Source: an uncultured bacterium (lineage in GTDB: Bacteria > CAYUVA01). Taken from it: a stretch of DNA of 62,858 bases. The notes beneath the pieces were generated by a model that had not been told where the DNA came from, did no database searches, and saw only the letters and a program-made list of their open reading frames with translations. A program made the position numbers and the translations under genes. The DNA is taken from positions 1 through 62,858 of the forward strand of contig CAYUVA010000022.1 of NCBI GenBank assembly GCA_964448115.1, given 5' to 3'. Shown here one piece after another: positions 20,228-29,578 of the stretch (within the stretch, counting starts at the first letter, position 1; every line of letters begins with the position of its first letter).

Positions 20228-20726
20228 AATCGGCAATGGCTTGTATCTGGTCGCTTTTGAAGTGCTGTATGTCGGTCTTGATATCGAGATCACTTACCAC
20301 TGCCAGGCATTCTATTCCTGTGGTGCATAGCGGTGGAGGGGGTGGATCCTTAAATAAGTAAGCCTCTACTTTAGGGAAGTGATATTCCTTGCCTCCCTCG
20401 ATTATTAACAGGTCAAATCCTTTGAAGTAGGATAACATTTGCTCCAGGGGTGCTTGTTTAGCATCACCTTTACAAAACAAAACGTAGCCCTCGGCTGTAA
20501 TTAGCCCTGATAATCGAGATCCAGCCTGCTGGTGCCTGTAGGAGTCGCTGCCGGGAACATCGAGCCAGTGCAAGTGCGGGGCATGCTTGATGGTAGCGAC
20601 CGCTAGCCCCCTTGCTGATAGCTCTTTGAGCAAGGAGCAGATCAGTCGGGTTTTACCGCTGTTTTTATGTCCGATGATCGCCAGAATAGGGATGTTTTTA
20701 TCATTCATTTCAAGATGTGCCCTCAA
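20202..20726 (-). CDS. mobB: Molybdopterin-guanine dinucleotide biosynthesis protein MobB
   Basis: IIGHKNSGKT, TIKH, D.PGSDSYRH..AG and DLLIIEG.K motifs. Confidence 0.88.
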   Translation of the reverse strand: MRAHLEMNDKNIPILAIIGHKNSGKTRLICSLLKELSARGLAVATIKHAPHLHWLDVPGSDSYRHQQAGSRLSGLITAEGYVLFCKGDAKQAPLEQMLSYFKGFDLLIIEGGKEYHFPKVEAYLFKDPPPPPLCTTGIECLAVVSDLDIKTDIQHFKSDQIQAIADFIVHRFLR

Positions 20727-21010
20727 AGCACCTTCTCGACCTTGACGGTTCTATCTTCTGCCAGCCTGGTCTCCTCGATCTTTCGTTTGCTCATCAGTAT
20801 TAAGTCGCGCAGGCTGTCATCATCGAAGGGTTCTCCGGCTCTGGCTTGGGTTGAAAACAAGGCTCCGTACAAGGGGCTAGGGTGGCTGATAAACAGTATA
20901 TCGCCAGGCTCGGCTTTTAATGTATCCATATTATCCTTGTGCATGAATACCAGGGAGTCGTCTGTGTGCTCGTTGTATTCCTTGATTGTCAGTTTTAGCT
21001 TCTTAGCCAT
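20723..21010 (-). CDS. Small soluble protein downstream of the SSS transporter, possible double-psi beta-barrel
   Basis: ATG 21010 preceded by GGAAGGT. 'VFMHKDNMDTLKAEPGDILFI' recalls CDC48-N-like barrels. Confidence 0.6.
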   Translation of the reverse strand: MAKKLKLTIKEYNEHTDDSLVFMHKDNMDTLKAEPGDILFISHPSPLYGALFSTQARAGEPFDDDSLRDLILMSKRKIEETRLAEDRTVKVEKVL

Positions 21011-21023
21011 TTCTACACCTTCC

Positions 21024-22583
21024 TTATAATTCAAGCTCTTTTTTGAATGTCTTTGCAGCCTTTGCCTCCGTGCCCCAGCATAAGCCGATCAGTTTATCCA
21101 GCGGCTTCGGCTTGGTGAACATGGTAACTATGACCGCTATAGTGCCGGCGCAAATCAATCCATAAAGTGCCCGCATGTAGGAAAACGCCTTTGGACCTGG
21201 GATCATTTCAGTACCGTGAGCGAAGGGTATGATAACCTGGGGGACGAATATGGAGAACATAATGAGACTGAATCCGCCTACCAGCGTCCAGAATCCAGCA
21301 TCCGGCGTGTATCGCTTCCATAGCGCCCCGAGCACTATGGCAAGAACCATCGGCGGTGCTATGGAAGCGGTAAAAGCGGCATGTGCCTCGTAGATGGTAG
21401 AGAAACTTGCAAATACAGGCACTAACATAAGCCCTATCCCGGCAGTACCAAGGGAAGCTACCTGAGCTATGCGCACATAGTGCCTGTCCGTTGCTCCCCT
21501 TTTCAGATACGGCTTGTAGATGTCATTGACGAAGACCGCAGATACCGCATTTATCAACGTATCTGCCGTGCTCATCAGGGCTGCGACTATGGCTGCGATG
21601 ATGATCCCGAAAAAGCCAGGCGAGGTGATGATATTGGTTACAGCGATGAAGATGTCCTTGGGGCTGGTATCAGAGGGTAGAACACCTTGCGCTACCATTA
21701 CTTTGCCGATGAGTCCCGGTCCAGCCACCACTAGCGCGGCTATTGGCATGAGGATAAGGACGGTGAAGAACATGCCCTTTCTCGCTTCCTTTACGCTCTT
21801 AGCGCTCATAAAGCGCATCATTATCCCTTGATTCATAAACCAAAAGGCAGCAGTATTAGTGATCCCATCCTGCCAGAAGATCCCCACTGAATTGAACTGA
21901 GGGGGATGATTGAACTTCGCCAGTCCGAATTTATGGCTGAAAGGTAACCAATGCCAGAATTCACCGAGACCACCTACATAACTAAGTCCTAAAAGACAAA
22001 CCAGGAATCCAGCGAACAATAACATGAGCCCCTGAAGCATGTCGGTCATAATCACCGAGGTCTGACCACCGAGTGAAACATAGATGGTAACGATTACAGC
22101 AGCGAATGTGGCGCCAACTATTACCGGCCAACCAAGAAGGGCGCGCAAGGCAACACCTAGAGTGAACAGGTTCATGCCGATATACCCTATCATGTATAAT
22201 AGAAGTATCACCGTTGCTGCGGTGCGCGTCTTGGTATCGAAGCGAAGATGAAAGTACTCCGGGATCGAGGTTACCCTTGAGTAGTAGATAAATGGTATCC
22301 AGCCGAACATCCAGATCGGCACCCACCACCAGTCATCCATGTATCCTGTGGTGGCTGAAAGCCCAAACTTATAGGCTGCCTCGGAGTACTTGATGAAGCT
22401 GTAGGAGCCTACCAACGAGGCAACCGCAGAGAAAGAGATCATGTACCAGGGGAAGCGCTGTCCAGCTAAGAAGAACTCCTTCGTGCTGGAGTGGTACCTG
22501 GAAAATAGGATACCAAACAAAAGTATGCCGAGCATGTAGCCGACTATTATTATGTAATCAATAGGAGCTAGATAAATATCCAT
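21024..22583 (-). CDS. Sodium:solute symporter (SSS/SLC5 family)
   Basis: DYIIIVGY, EFFLAG, SIPEYFHLRF, GGQTSVIMTD and AALMSTADTLIN motifs. About 13 TM. Confidence 0.92.
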   Translation of the reverse strand: MDIYLAPIDYIIIVGYMLGILLFGILFSRYHSSTKEFFLAGQRFPWYMISFSAVASLVGSYSFIKYSEAAYKFGLSATTGYMDDWWWVPIWMFGWIPFIYYSRVTSIPEYFHLRFDTKTRTAATVILLLYMIGYIGMNLFTLGVALRALLGWPVIVGATFAAVIVTIYVSLGGQTSVIMTDMLQGLMLLFAGFLVCLLGLSYVGGLGEFWHWLPFSHKFGLAKFNHPPQFNSVGIFWQDGITNTAAFWFMNQGIMMRFMSAKSVKEARKGMFFTVLILMPIAALVVAGPGLIGKVMVAQGVLPSDTSPKDIFIAVTNIITSPGFFGIIIAAIVAALMSTADTLINAVSAVFVNDIYKPYLKRGATDRHYVRIAQVASLGTAGIGLMLVPVFASFSTIYEAHAAFTASIAPPMVLAIVLGALWKRYTPDAGFWTLVGGFSLIMFSIFVPQVIIPFAHGTEMIPGPKAFSYMRALYGLICAGTIAVIVTMFTKPKPLDKLIGLCWGTEAKAAKTFKKELEL

Positions 22584-22599
22584 TAATAACCCCCCTCTA

Positions 22600-22815
22600 C
22601 TACTTGAAATATGGAGCTATGAACTGAAAGAAAAAGTGGTAGCCGAGGAAGCATAAAAAGCCCCCGGCTATCATGAAGAACCACTTGATATCCTCCAGCT
22701 TGTTTACATCGGTGGCATCGGAACGAAGGAAGATATATATGCCAACCGCGAACAGCAGACCACCAACCCCGTATTGATAAACAAAGGGGAGCCAGACCTC
22801 AACACCATACTCCAT
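22600..22815 (-). CDS. Small two-TM protein directly upstream of the SSS gene (probable accessory subunit)
   Basis: ATG 22815 with AAGGAG RBS. 71 aa, two hydrophobic helices. Confidence 0.7.
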   Translation of the reverse strand: MEYGVEVWLPFVYQYGVGGLLFAVGIYIFLRSDATDVNKLEDIKWFFMIAGGFLCFLGYHFFFQFIAPYFK

Positions 22816-22932
22816 TTTATTACTCCTTTTGGAAATCAAGGTTATCGTCCAGGCTCTTGACCATCGCTTGCCAATGATAGGCAAGAGCCTTGCAAAGGTC
22901 AAATAGGTGTTCCTAGTTTTTAGGATTCGGAT

Positions 22933-24123
22933 ATGCTAAAAGAGCAATGGTCTATGGTCAAGTACAAATTTAGGTTCGTTGTTACAGGTCTGGCAGTTTT
23001 TCATGCTTTTATAGCAATATCATCGCTTTATGCATACAGCAACGATGACGATGGCAGTTCAGAAGCAGAGTTGCTGGAGCGTTTCAACTATGGTCTGGCT
23101 TTCTTCATCGATATTCCCCTAAGTGGCGGGGGAAGGAATGTCTATGCCCCGGCGCTGGTCAAGATACCAAAGGGTGCTGCCTTGGGAGAGACCTTTGTCG
23201 ATATAATGATCATCGGCAATGAAGCAATATTCTCCTTCAAGAACAAGGATCTTGGCGGTCGCCCCTATGAGGGCGAGATCACCCTCAAGGGGAGCATATT
23301 GAACGCTGATAACAGCTACTTCAAGTACATCAATGGCGTGATGGTCGATGAGCAGCTATTCTTCGCCAATTATGGCTCCATAAAGGTTGGCATTCAGCGC
23401 AAGTTCGGGGAGCATGTGAAAACCGGTCCCTCGCTGGAGATGCGCGCCTACAAGTATCTCGATGCCTTTGACACGGCAAGCGAGCTTGTACTACCTAGCG
23501 ATACAATCAGCAGCATGATTCATTGGGATTTAAAGATTGATAAGGGCAAACATCGGCGAATGTTGGAGCTGTATGATGGATTCGAGTTCACGCTTAGGGG
23601 CTTATATGCCAAGCGGACTCCCTGGCGAGATTGGGGGATGCCGGGGGAGGAAGGGGAGTTTTTCGATGGAGATCTCACCGATGAGTACTATAGTTTTCAT
23701 GCTCGGTTGCATCTGGGTTATACGCCGGGTGGATATCATAACCTTCAGGCTCATCTTACTTATGCCAAAGGGGAGCATCTCGACGATCTAAGCCGATTCG
23801 TTGCCGGCGGAGCGCTAAACTTCGGCGACTTCAATTCGCTGATCGGCTATTACTATCGGGAGCTTAAGGTGGGGGAGATCGCCCTGTTCAATTTCTCTTA
23901 TGGATTCGATCTGGGGAAGCGCCTGCGATTATGGCTGCGCTACGATACCGCTCATGCGCCCGAATACGATGTCGGATGGTTATGCGGACTTGGCGCAGAG
24001 CTTAGGATAAAGACCTATATGGATGCGCCGGTTCGTATTATCTATGGTCGCTCGCTGGAGTCTTACAGCAGCCAAAGACGCGATACAGAGACGCTATCCA
24101 TTGTGCTAGTGGGTGCATTTTAG
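22933..24123 (+). CDS. Predicted outer-membrane beta-barrel protein
   Basis: Signal peptide (LYA-Y), alternating amphipathic beta strands and a C-terminal Phe (VLVGAF). Confidence 0.55.
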   Translation: MLKEQWSMVKYKFRFVVTGLAVFHAFIAISSLYAYSNDDDGSSEAELLERFNYGLAFFIDIPLSGGGRNVYAPALVKIPKGAALGETFVDIMIIGNEAIFSFKNKDLGGRPYEGEITLKGSILNADNSYFKYINGVMVDEQLFFANYGSIKVGIQRKFGEHVKTGPSLEMRAYKYLDAFDTASELVLPSDTISSMIHWDLKIDKGKHRRMLELYDGFEFTLRGLYAKRTPWRDWGMPGEEGEFFDGDLTDEYYSFHARLHLGYTPGGYHNLQAHLTYAKGEHLDDLSRFVAGGALNFGDFNSLIGYYYRELKVGEIALFNFSYGFDLGKRLRLWLRYDTAHAPEYDVGWLCGLGAELRIKTYMDAPVRIIYGRSLESYSSQRRDTETLSIVLVGAF

Positions 24124-24171
24124 ATTCCAATGGCATTTTATTTCAACCAGAATACAAGCTATATTTACAGA

Positions 24172-24864
24172 ATGTCAGCTTCACGACCGACTTTAGCTGT
24201 TATCATACCGGCGCTTAATGAAGCGCACAACCTGCCTGTTGTACTTGATAGAGTACTGGCTTTGCCACTTGATAAGCAGGTCATAGTGGTCGATGACGGA
24301 AGTACGGATGCAACGCCGCAAATCCTGGAAGGTTATATCTCAAAAGGGGTACAAACCATCACCAATCCATACAATATGGGCAAGGGTGCTTCGATCCGCA
24401 GAGCACTTCCCCTGGCAAAAGGCAGGATCATTATCATCCAGGATGCTGACCTCGAGTACAACCCGGAAGACATACCCAAGGTGATCCAGCCGATAATCGA
24501 TGGTCGGGCGCAGGTTGTCTATGGCTCGCGGATACTTGGCGGGGGGAGGATGTCATACTTCAGCTTTCTCGCCGGTGGACTGTTGCTATCTTGGATTACT
24601 AACCTTCTTTACAAGGCTGCCATTACCGATGAGCCGACCTGCTACAAGGCGTTTGACCGTGAGCTTTTATCGCAGATAAAACTGGAATGCGCTGGCTTCG
24701 AGTTCTGCCCCGAGATAACAGCAAAAATCTTGAAGAATGGGATTGACATTCTGGAGGTGCCCATAGACTACACCCCCAGAAGCAAATCGCAAGGCAAGAA
24801 GATAAGGTGGAAGGATGGGCTGATAGCTATCTGGACGCTTATAAAATATCGATTGGTTAATTGA
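24172..24864 (+). CDS. GT2 polyprenol-phosphate glycosyltransferase (DPM1/GtrB-like)
   Basis: IIPALNE, VDDGSTD, NMGKG, QDADLEY, VVYGSR and ITDEPTCYKAF motifs. Confidence 0.9.
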   Translation: MSASRPTLAVIIPALNEAHNLPVVLDRVLALPLDKQVIVVDDGSTDATPQILEGYISKGVQTITNPYNMGKGASIRRALPLAKGRIIIIQDADLEYNPEDIPKVIQPIIDGRAQVVYGSRILGGGRMSYFSFLAGGLLLSWITNLLYKAAITDEPTCYKAFDRELLSQIKLECAGFEFCPEITAKILKNGIDILEVPIDYTPRSKSQGKKIRWKDGLIAIWTLIKYRLVN

Positions 24865-24924
24865 TTTGTCATCATTGTCATACATAAGGTATAATTAGAT
24901 CGAAGAAAGCCAAGGAATGTTGGG

Positions 24925-25275
24925 ATGAAGGCAATACTAGATTTCATACTGGAGCGCAGGAACATAGAGGTGCTGTTCAATGTGCTTGCCGTTTCACTCC
25001 CCATACTGGGATTGGTGATCGGTCTTGTAGTTGGGCGCATCAAGGGGAGGATAAAGCCTTATTTGATTACATTCACGCTGGCCGGGCTTTTTGGACCCTT
25101 CAACTGGGTGATGTGGCGCATATATAATGCAATCACCGACCACTATGGTCTTGACACAGTGAAGAATCTCCTAATCAACCTAGCCTTATTCATCGTAGTC
25201 GGCATCGTATTAGGGGTCGGCATCGGGCTTGTGCGCAGAGGCTTTATAAATGCTGACCGTTCCCCTGAGAAATAG
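24925..25275 (+). CDS. Small hypothetical membrane protein (3 TM)
   Basis: 116-aa hydrophobic ORF between the GT2 and GT-C genes. Confidence 0.65.
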   Translation: MKAILDFILERRNIEVLFNVLAVSLPILGLVIGLVVGRIKGRIKPYLITFTLAGLFGPFNWVMWRIYNAITDHYGLDTVKNLLINLALFIVVGIVLGVGIGLVRRGFINADRSPEK

Positions 25276-25321
25276 GGTGCTATCCTGTTTATATTAGTCC
25301 GAAAACTGCCTGAACAGATCT

Positions 25322-27328
25322 ATGTGGAATAAAAGCTCGGTGCGGTGGATTTATTTCCTGTTGTTGCTTTTTTATGTAGCCATCTATGCAACCTGGCATA
25401 TTATCGACACCCTCCCGCCCAATCCAGAGCCAGTTATTTTTATGGGGGGCATAATTAACCTTAAAACAGCCATCTTGATGGATTTCAATCTACTATATTC
25501 GCTTACCCCACAGGATTACATCAATCAGCCGGTCATTTTTTATGTAGGTTTTCCTTTTTCGTTGATAGCGGAGGATGATTGGCATGTGCTCACAGCCGTC
25601 AACCTGGTATTTATCGCGATACTTCTTGGTGCAATGTACTATCTGGGGATATTGATAGAAAACCAACAGGTTCCTCTTATTGCAGCGGCTTTCACCCTAT
25701 TTTCCCCGCTGACCGCCGGGCTGACCCGGCACCTTTATCCAGATGTCGCCCAGACCGCAATGGTCGCCCTGGCGGTTACGATGGTCTTTACTACCAGGGG
25801 ATTCAAGGATAAAAGGCGGTCAGCGCTTGCCGGGGCTGCGTTTGGAGTAGGGATGCTGACCAAGATATCATTATTCTCCTTTTTGCTCGGTCCTATACTG
25901 GCAACTGCCTTCTTGACACCCGGAGCAAATAGACGGACTGAAAGCATGAATGATAAGGATTCCCTGACATACAAATGGAGCAAGTTTTCCAGGCAGCATC
26001 TATTGAGTCTCCTGGCAGGGCTGGCTGGCTCTATCATGCTGCGCTTGATGCTACCCAGGGCATTTATCCTGCAACAATCTGGCATCTCAACAGCGGTTGC
26101 TCTAATCAGGCATATTTTAGTTTTTGGTGCCATATACCTGTTTGCGCGATGGATTAAGGGCAGAAGGATGAGACCACATACTTGGGGTACTATCGACTAC
26201 CTGGTCATGGCTTGTTTCATCTCTGCTGCCATATTCTTTCGCAACGAGGAGACTATAAGCTCCCTCTTGCCCTTATGGAGCCATAACCAGGCGGCACTCG
26301 GATTATACTATTGCCTGCTGACTAGCGTGATATTTGCACCATTTATTATCTGGCAGAGCAAAACGACAAGGCTGAACAACCTATTATTATACGGCTTGGT
26401 AGCGTTGGCGTTCTGTTTTCACTGGTATTTTCTGAATATTCCTACCTTCGTATATTTTATGGAGGCGACCTTTCATAGCGGGGAAGCCCTGCTGCATGGA
26501 CCCAACGAGGTTTTATCCTTGGAGTCGTTACTGTTTTATCCAATCAAGTTCGTCAAGCACCAGGGTTTTATTCTAAGCATCCTGTTGGTGTTATGTCTGG
26601 CTGCTATTATTTTGCAGCGCCTTTGTAAATTCAACATGCTTACCCCAGCAAAGGTTAGCCGCGATAGGGAGTTCATAATACTGGTGCTGTCATGGATTGT
26701 TTTTTCAATGCTCATCTATCTTTCGATGATAAACAAGGATTATCGCTATACTCTCCCTTTACTTCCCGCTATTGGGCTTTTTATAGGATACACTATCGAT
26801 AGGCTACGCTTTATTTGGCTACAAAAAGCTGCGATTGCTTTCTTATTCGTTGCCGGGACAATTCAAGTTATTCTCACCTCGTTTGTCCGCATGGTACCTC
26901 CCCAGGAGTTCTACTGGTATATCGATATCCCGAGGACTGAGGACTGGAAATTCGAGGAGATAATCAAGACAATAGAAACCAGCAGGGAACCTGAAAAGGA
27001 GATACATGTTGGTGTCTTTACAAATATGTGCCCCTTCCACCCTGAATCCTTTCAGGCGGTTATAAGAAAAATGCGATTGGAGAGGCTTTTTGTTATCGAT
27101 TTCTTCAACCCAAAGGCAGGAAGCCCCCAAGATAGAATCCTTGGTTGCGATTACCTGGTGCTCAAGGACAAAAAGCACGGCATAACATCGGAGATAAACG
27201 GCGTATTCTACGATATGCTGGAAGATATGCTTAAAGGCGAATCGTTGCTGCTTGAGCAAAACTTTAAGCTAATCGAGACTTTTTCACTGCACGATGGTAC
27301 AAAAGCGCTTCTATACGCGAAATTGTAG
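25322..27328 (+). CDS. ArnT/GT39-like GT-C membrane glycosyltransferase
   Basis: Polytopic, with 'FSP....LTRHLYPD', 'GMLTK', 'NKDYRYTLPLLP' and 'DWKFEEII'. Confidence 0.75.
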   Translation: MWNKSSVRWIYFLLLLFYVAIYATWHIIDTLPPNPEPVIFMGGIINLKTAILMDFNLLYSLTPQDYINQPVIFYVGFPFSLIAEDDWHVLTAVNLVFIAILLGAMYYLGILIENQQVPLIAAAFTLFSPLTAGLTRHLYPDVAQTAMVALAVTMVFTTRGFKDKRRSALAGAAFGVGMLTKISLFSFLLGPILATAFLTPGANRRTESMNDKDSLTYKWSKFSRQHLLSLLAGLAGSIMLRLMLPRAFILQQSGISTAVALIRHILVFGAIYLFARWIKGRRMRPHTWGTIDYLVMACFISAAIFFRNEETISSLLPLWSHNQAALGLYYCLLTSVIFAPFIIWQSKTTRLNNLLLYGLVALAFCFHWYFLNIPTFVYFMEATFHSGEALLHGPNEVLSLESLLFYPIKFVKHQGFILSILLVLCLAAIILQRLCKFNMLTPAKVSRDREFIILVLSWIVFSMLIYLSMINKDYRYTLPLLPAIGLFIGYTIDRLRFIWLQKAAIAFLFVAGTIQVILTSFVRMVPPQEFYWYIDIPRTEDWKFEEIIKTIETSREPEKEIHVGVFTNMCPFHPESFQAVIRKMRLERLFVIDFFNPKAGSPQDRILGCDYLVLKDKKHGITSEINGVFYDMLEDMLKGESLLLEQNFKLIETFSLHDGTKALLYAKL

Positions 27329-27352
27329 GAGTGCGCTTATGGGTTTATCTGG

Positions 27353-27396
27353 GGCGGTTCTCCCGCATCCGGCTCTCCAGTAAAGTGGTTCACCTT
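27353..27396 (-). mobile_element. Group II intron relic (end of domain IV plus 5' two-thirds of domain V)
   Basis: Minus strand AGGTGAACCACTTTACTGGAGAGCCGGATGCGGGAGAACCGCCC matches the domain V consensus GAGCCGGATGCGGGAGAACCGC, including the AGC triad. The 3' arm (ACGTCCGGTTC) is absent. Confidence 0.6.
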
Positions 27397-27476
27397 ACCT
27401 GAATCTAATCAGGTATAGTTGGGAGTTATATTTTTACAACCTTAGAATACTTGCTATGATTAGAAGATAGAAAGTT

Positions 27477-29501
27477 ATGATGTCCTGTAATGAGACCAGG
27501 TTGCAACTGACCAAGGGATTATCCGTCAGTCTTTCTTATAATTTGCTTCATCCTTATGGCTCTTGGGATGCTGATAAGATTGAGTCTAAGAACAATTTTG
27601 CAATGGCATCATTCCCCGCTGGAGAGATACATGATTCCTGGGAGGTGCTAGAGAGCGGGATTATCAGACTAACCAGGAGATGGATTCTGAATGTAACCGG
27701 CAAGGTCAGGCTTCATAACAAGCTGTTATTCAATCAGGATTTCAATCGCTGGCTTGTGCCATCGGTTATGTATGCTGGAAATAGACCCGGTGTGGGAAGT
27801 TTTTCGAGATCAGATCTCAAAACCGGCGCATCATACAGAGAAGATCGCACAAGCATCCCTTCCTGTGCTTTATTATGGAACAGCCGATTTGCAGTAGGAG
27901 TCTTCACCGAACCATCCCAAGATCTAAGATACATCTCGAGCATTCAGATTAAACCAGATTTTCTTGCTTTCCATATTCCCTTTGTGGAAGAGCCTTATGC
28001 CTATCGTTCCAAGTTTCCCCCCCGACATCTTCAATGCTCAAGGGGAGCTTATCTAAAGAGCGATGGAAGTCTTGACTATCAAAGGGATTTTTATCTCATA
28101 ACTGATCGAGATAATGATCGCTGCTGGGATAGGTTGTTCGAAATTGCTTGGAGACTCTTCGATGCTGAAGATAAAAGAGTATTCACGGTAAACTGGGAGC
28201 GTTTGACCGCATCCAAGGCGAGCTATGCATTGGCAGTGCATTATATCGAGCGTTTCGACTGCTCCGGTTTCATTACTCAGGTGGGAAAACACCTGATACC
28301 CTTTGGCAATACGATCAGCCCTGGATTCGTTGGAAAGAATGCTGAACTGGCTTTAACAATGTATCGTTACTATAAGCTCTCTAGCTCTTCATCAGCGAGG
28401 AATGCAGCCCTCAAGACCGCTAATTTCATTACCAGGGGCGCTATAGGGAACGGTTTGTATTGCGGGGATTATCATCTGGGGCTAAGGCGATGGGTAGGGT
28501 ATAACTTCCCTGGCACCAAGCACTTGAACACCAGGATCTTGGGTGAGATGGCTTATAACCTGCTTCGTTTATATCAGCAGGCGAATTCTGAACCTTCAAG
28601 GTTCGTCTGGTTTGAGGCTGCCAGAGAGATAGTTGATTTCTTTGTAGAGCATCAACTCAGAAATGGCAGTCTGGGTAAATGGTGGAGCAGGAAGGGGGAG
28701 CTAGTTTCCGACCAAGGCACCAATGGCGCACACTTGATACCGGCGCTTGTAGAGATGCATCGGATGAGCGGTGATGATAAATGCCTAAGATGTGCCCGAA
28801 GAGCTGCAGAATATTACATAAGTGAATTCGTGGAACCTGGAATATACTGGGGCGATACGCTTGATGCTGAGTGCATCGACAAGGAGGCGGGGCATATTAT
28901 ATTGAAAGCGCTTTTGTGCCTCCATGAGGTGGAGCCTTGTGATCAATACCTGGAGGCTTGTCGGCAGGTGGCGCGCTTTCTGCAAACCTGGATTTATGCC
29001 TACAATGTAACCTTCCCGGATAAAAGCCCACTTGGCAAGAGGAACATATCGACTCGTGGCGGTACCTCGGTATCGGTAAGCCATCACCACCTCGATTTTT
29101 ATGGCTTTGCGATCGCTTACGATTTTCTCAGGTTGCAGAGGATAACAGGGGATACCATCTATAACGAGCTCGCCAAAGGTCTGATAAGGTTCTGCGTTCA
29201 ACTTATTGCTGACATAGATGATCCGCTGGGTGCTCCTCGATTTATGAGAGGGTGGCAGCCGGAGCAGCTCGATCAGACCGACTGGGACTATGTTTCCAAC
29301 ACAATATGGGGCTGGGGCAGCTTCAAGAATGTGATCGCCTGGGTTCCAGCATTGACCCTGGGCGCTATCTTCGACATTGCCGAGGGCTTTCCTGATGTTA
29401 TCAGCTTGCAAAACCTGCCGGATATAACGGTGCCAGATGGTTCTTATTACCGATTATGCAAGCGAATACAACTAATAATGACCTATTTAAACCGTATATA
29501 G
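27477..29501 (+). CDS. Hypothetical protein, predicted beta-sandwich plus (alpha/alpha)6 glycosidase-like toroid
   Basis: 674 aa. Helical repeats in the C-terminal half (AREIVDFFVEHQLRNG, ARRAAEYY, WGDTLDAECIDKEAG). No clear signal peptide. Confidence 0.6.
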   Translation: MMSCNETRLQLTKGLSVSLSYNLLHPYGSWDADKIESKNNFAMASFPAGEIHDSWEVLESGIIRLTRRWILNVTGKVRLHNKLLFNQDFNRWLVPSVMYAGNRPGVGSFSRSDLKTGASYREDRTSIPSCALLWNSRFAVGVFTEPSQDLRYISSIQIKPDFLAFHIPFVEEPYAYRSKFPPRHLQCSRGAYLKSDGSLDYQRDFYLITDRDNDRCWDRLFEIAWRLFDAEDKRVFTVNWERLTASKASYALAVHYIERFDCSGFITQVGKHLIPFGNTISPGFVGKNAELALTMYRYYKLSSSSSARNAALKTANFITRGAIGNGLYCGDYHLGLRRWVGYNFPGTKHLNTRILGEMAYNLLRLYQQANSEPSRFVWFEAAREIVDFFVEHQLRNGSLGKWWSRKGELVSDQGTNGAHLIPALVEMHRMSGDDKCLRCARRAAEYYISEFVEPGIYWGDTLDAECIDKEAGHIILKALLCLHEVEPCDQYLEACRQVARFLQTWIYAYNVTFPDKSPLGKRNISTRGGTSVSVSHHHLDFYGFAIAYDFLRLQRITGDTIYNELAKGLIRFCVQLIADIDDPLGAPRFMRGWQPEQLDQTDWDYVSNTIWGWGSFKNVIAWVPALTLGAIFDIAEGFPDVISLQNLPDITVPDGSYYRLCKRIQLIMTYLNRI

Positions 29502-29523
29502 GCAAAGGGCTTTTACGGTTAAA

Positions 29524-29551
29524 TTGATTCTTATTTGGAAAATCATATAAT
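29524..29551 (+). promoter_or_regulatory. Candidate sigma70 promoter of the K+ uptake operon
   Basis: TTGATT, 16-nt spacer, TATAAT. Confidence 0.5.
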
Positions 29552-29578
29552 GCTTGAGGCAATATTCACTAAGGGTTT

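Noticed and set aside
21005..21034. Possible frameshift joining the SSS gene to the downstream ORF
   Set aside because: A clean TAA followed by a GGAAGGT RBS and ATG indicates two deliberately separate genes.
29502..29578. Possible c-di-AMP (ydaO) riboswitch upstream of the Ktr/Trk genes
   Set aside because: The gap is only about 77 nt and lacks the conserved motif.
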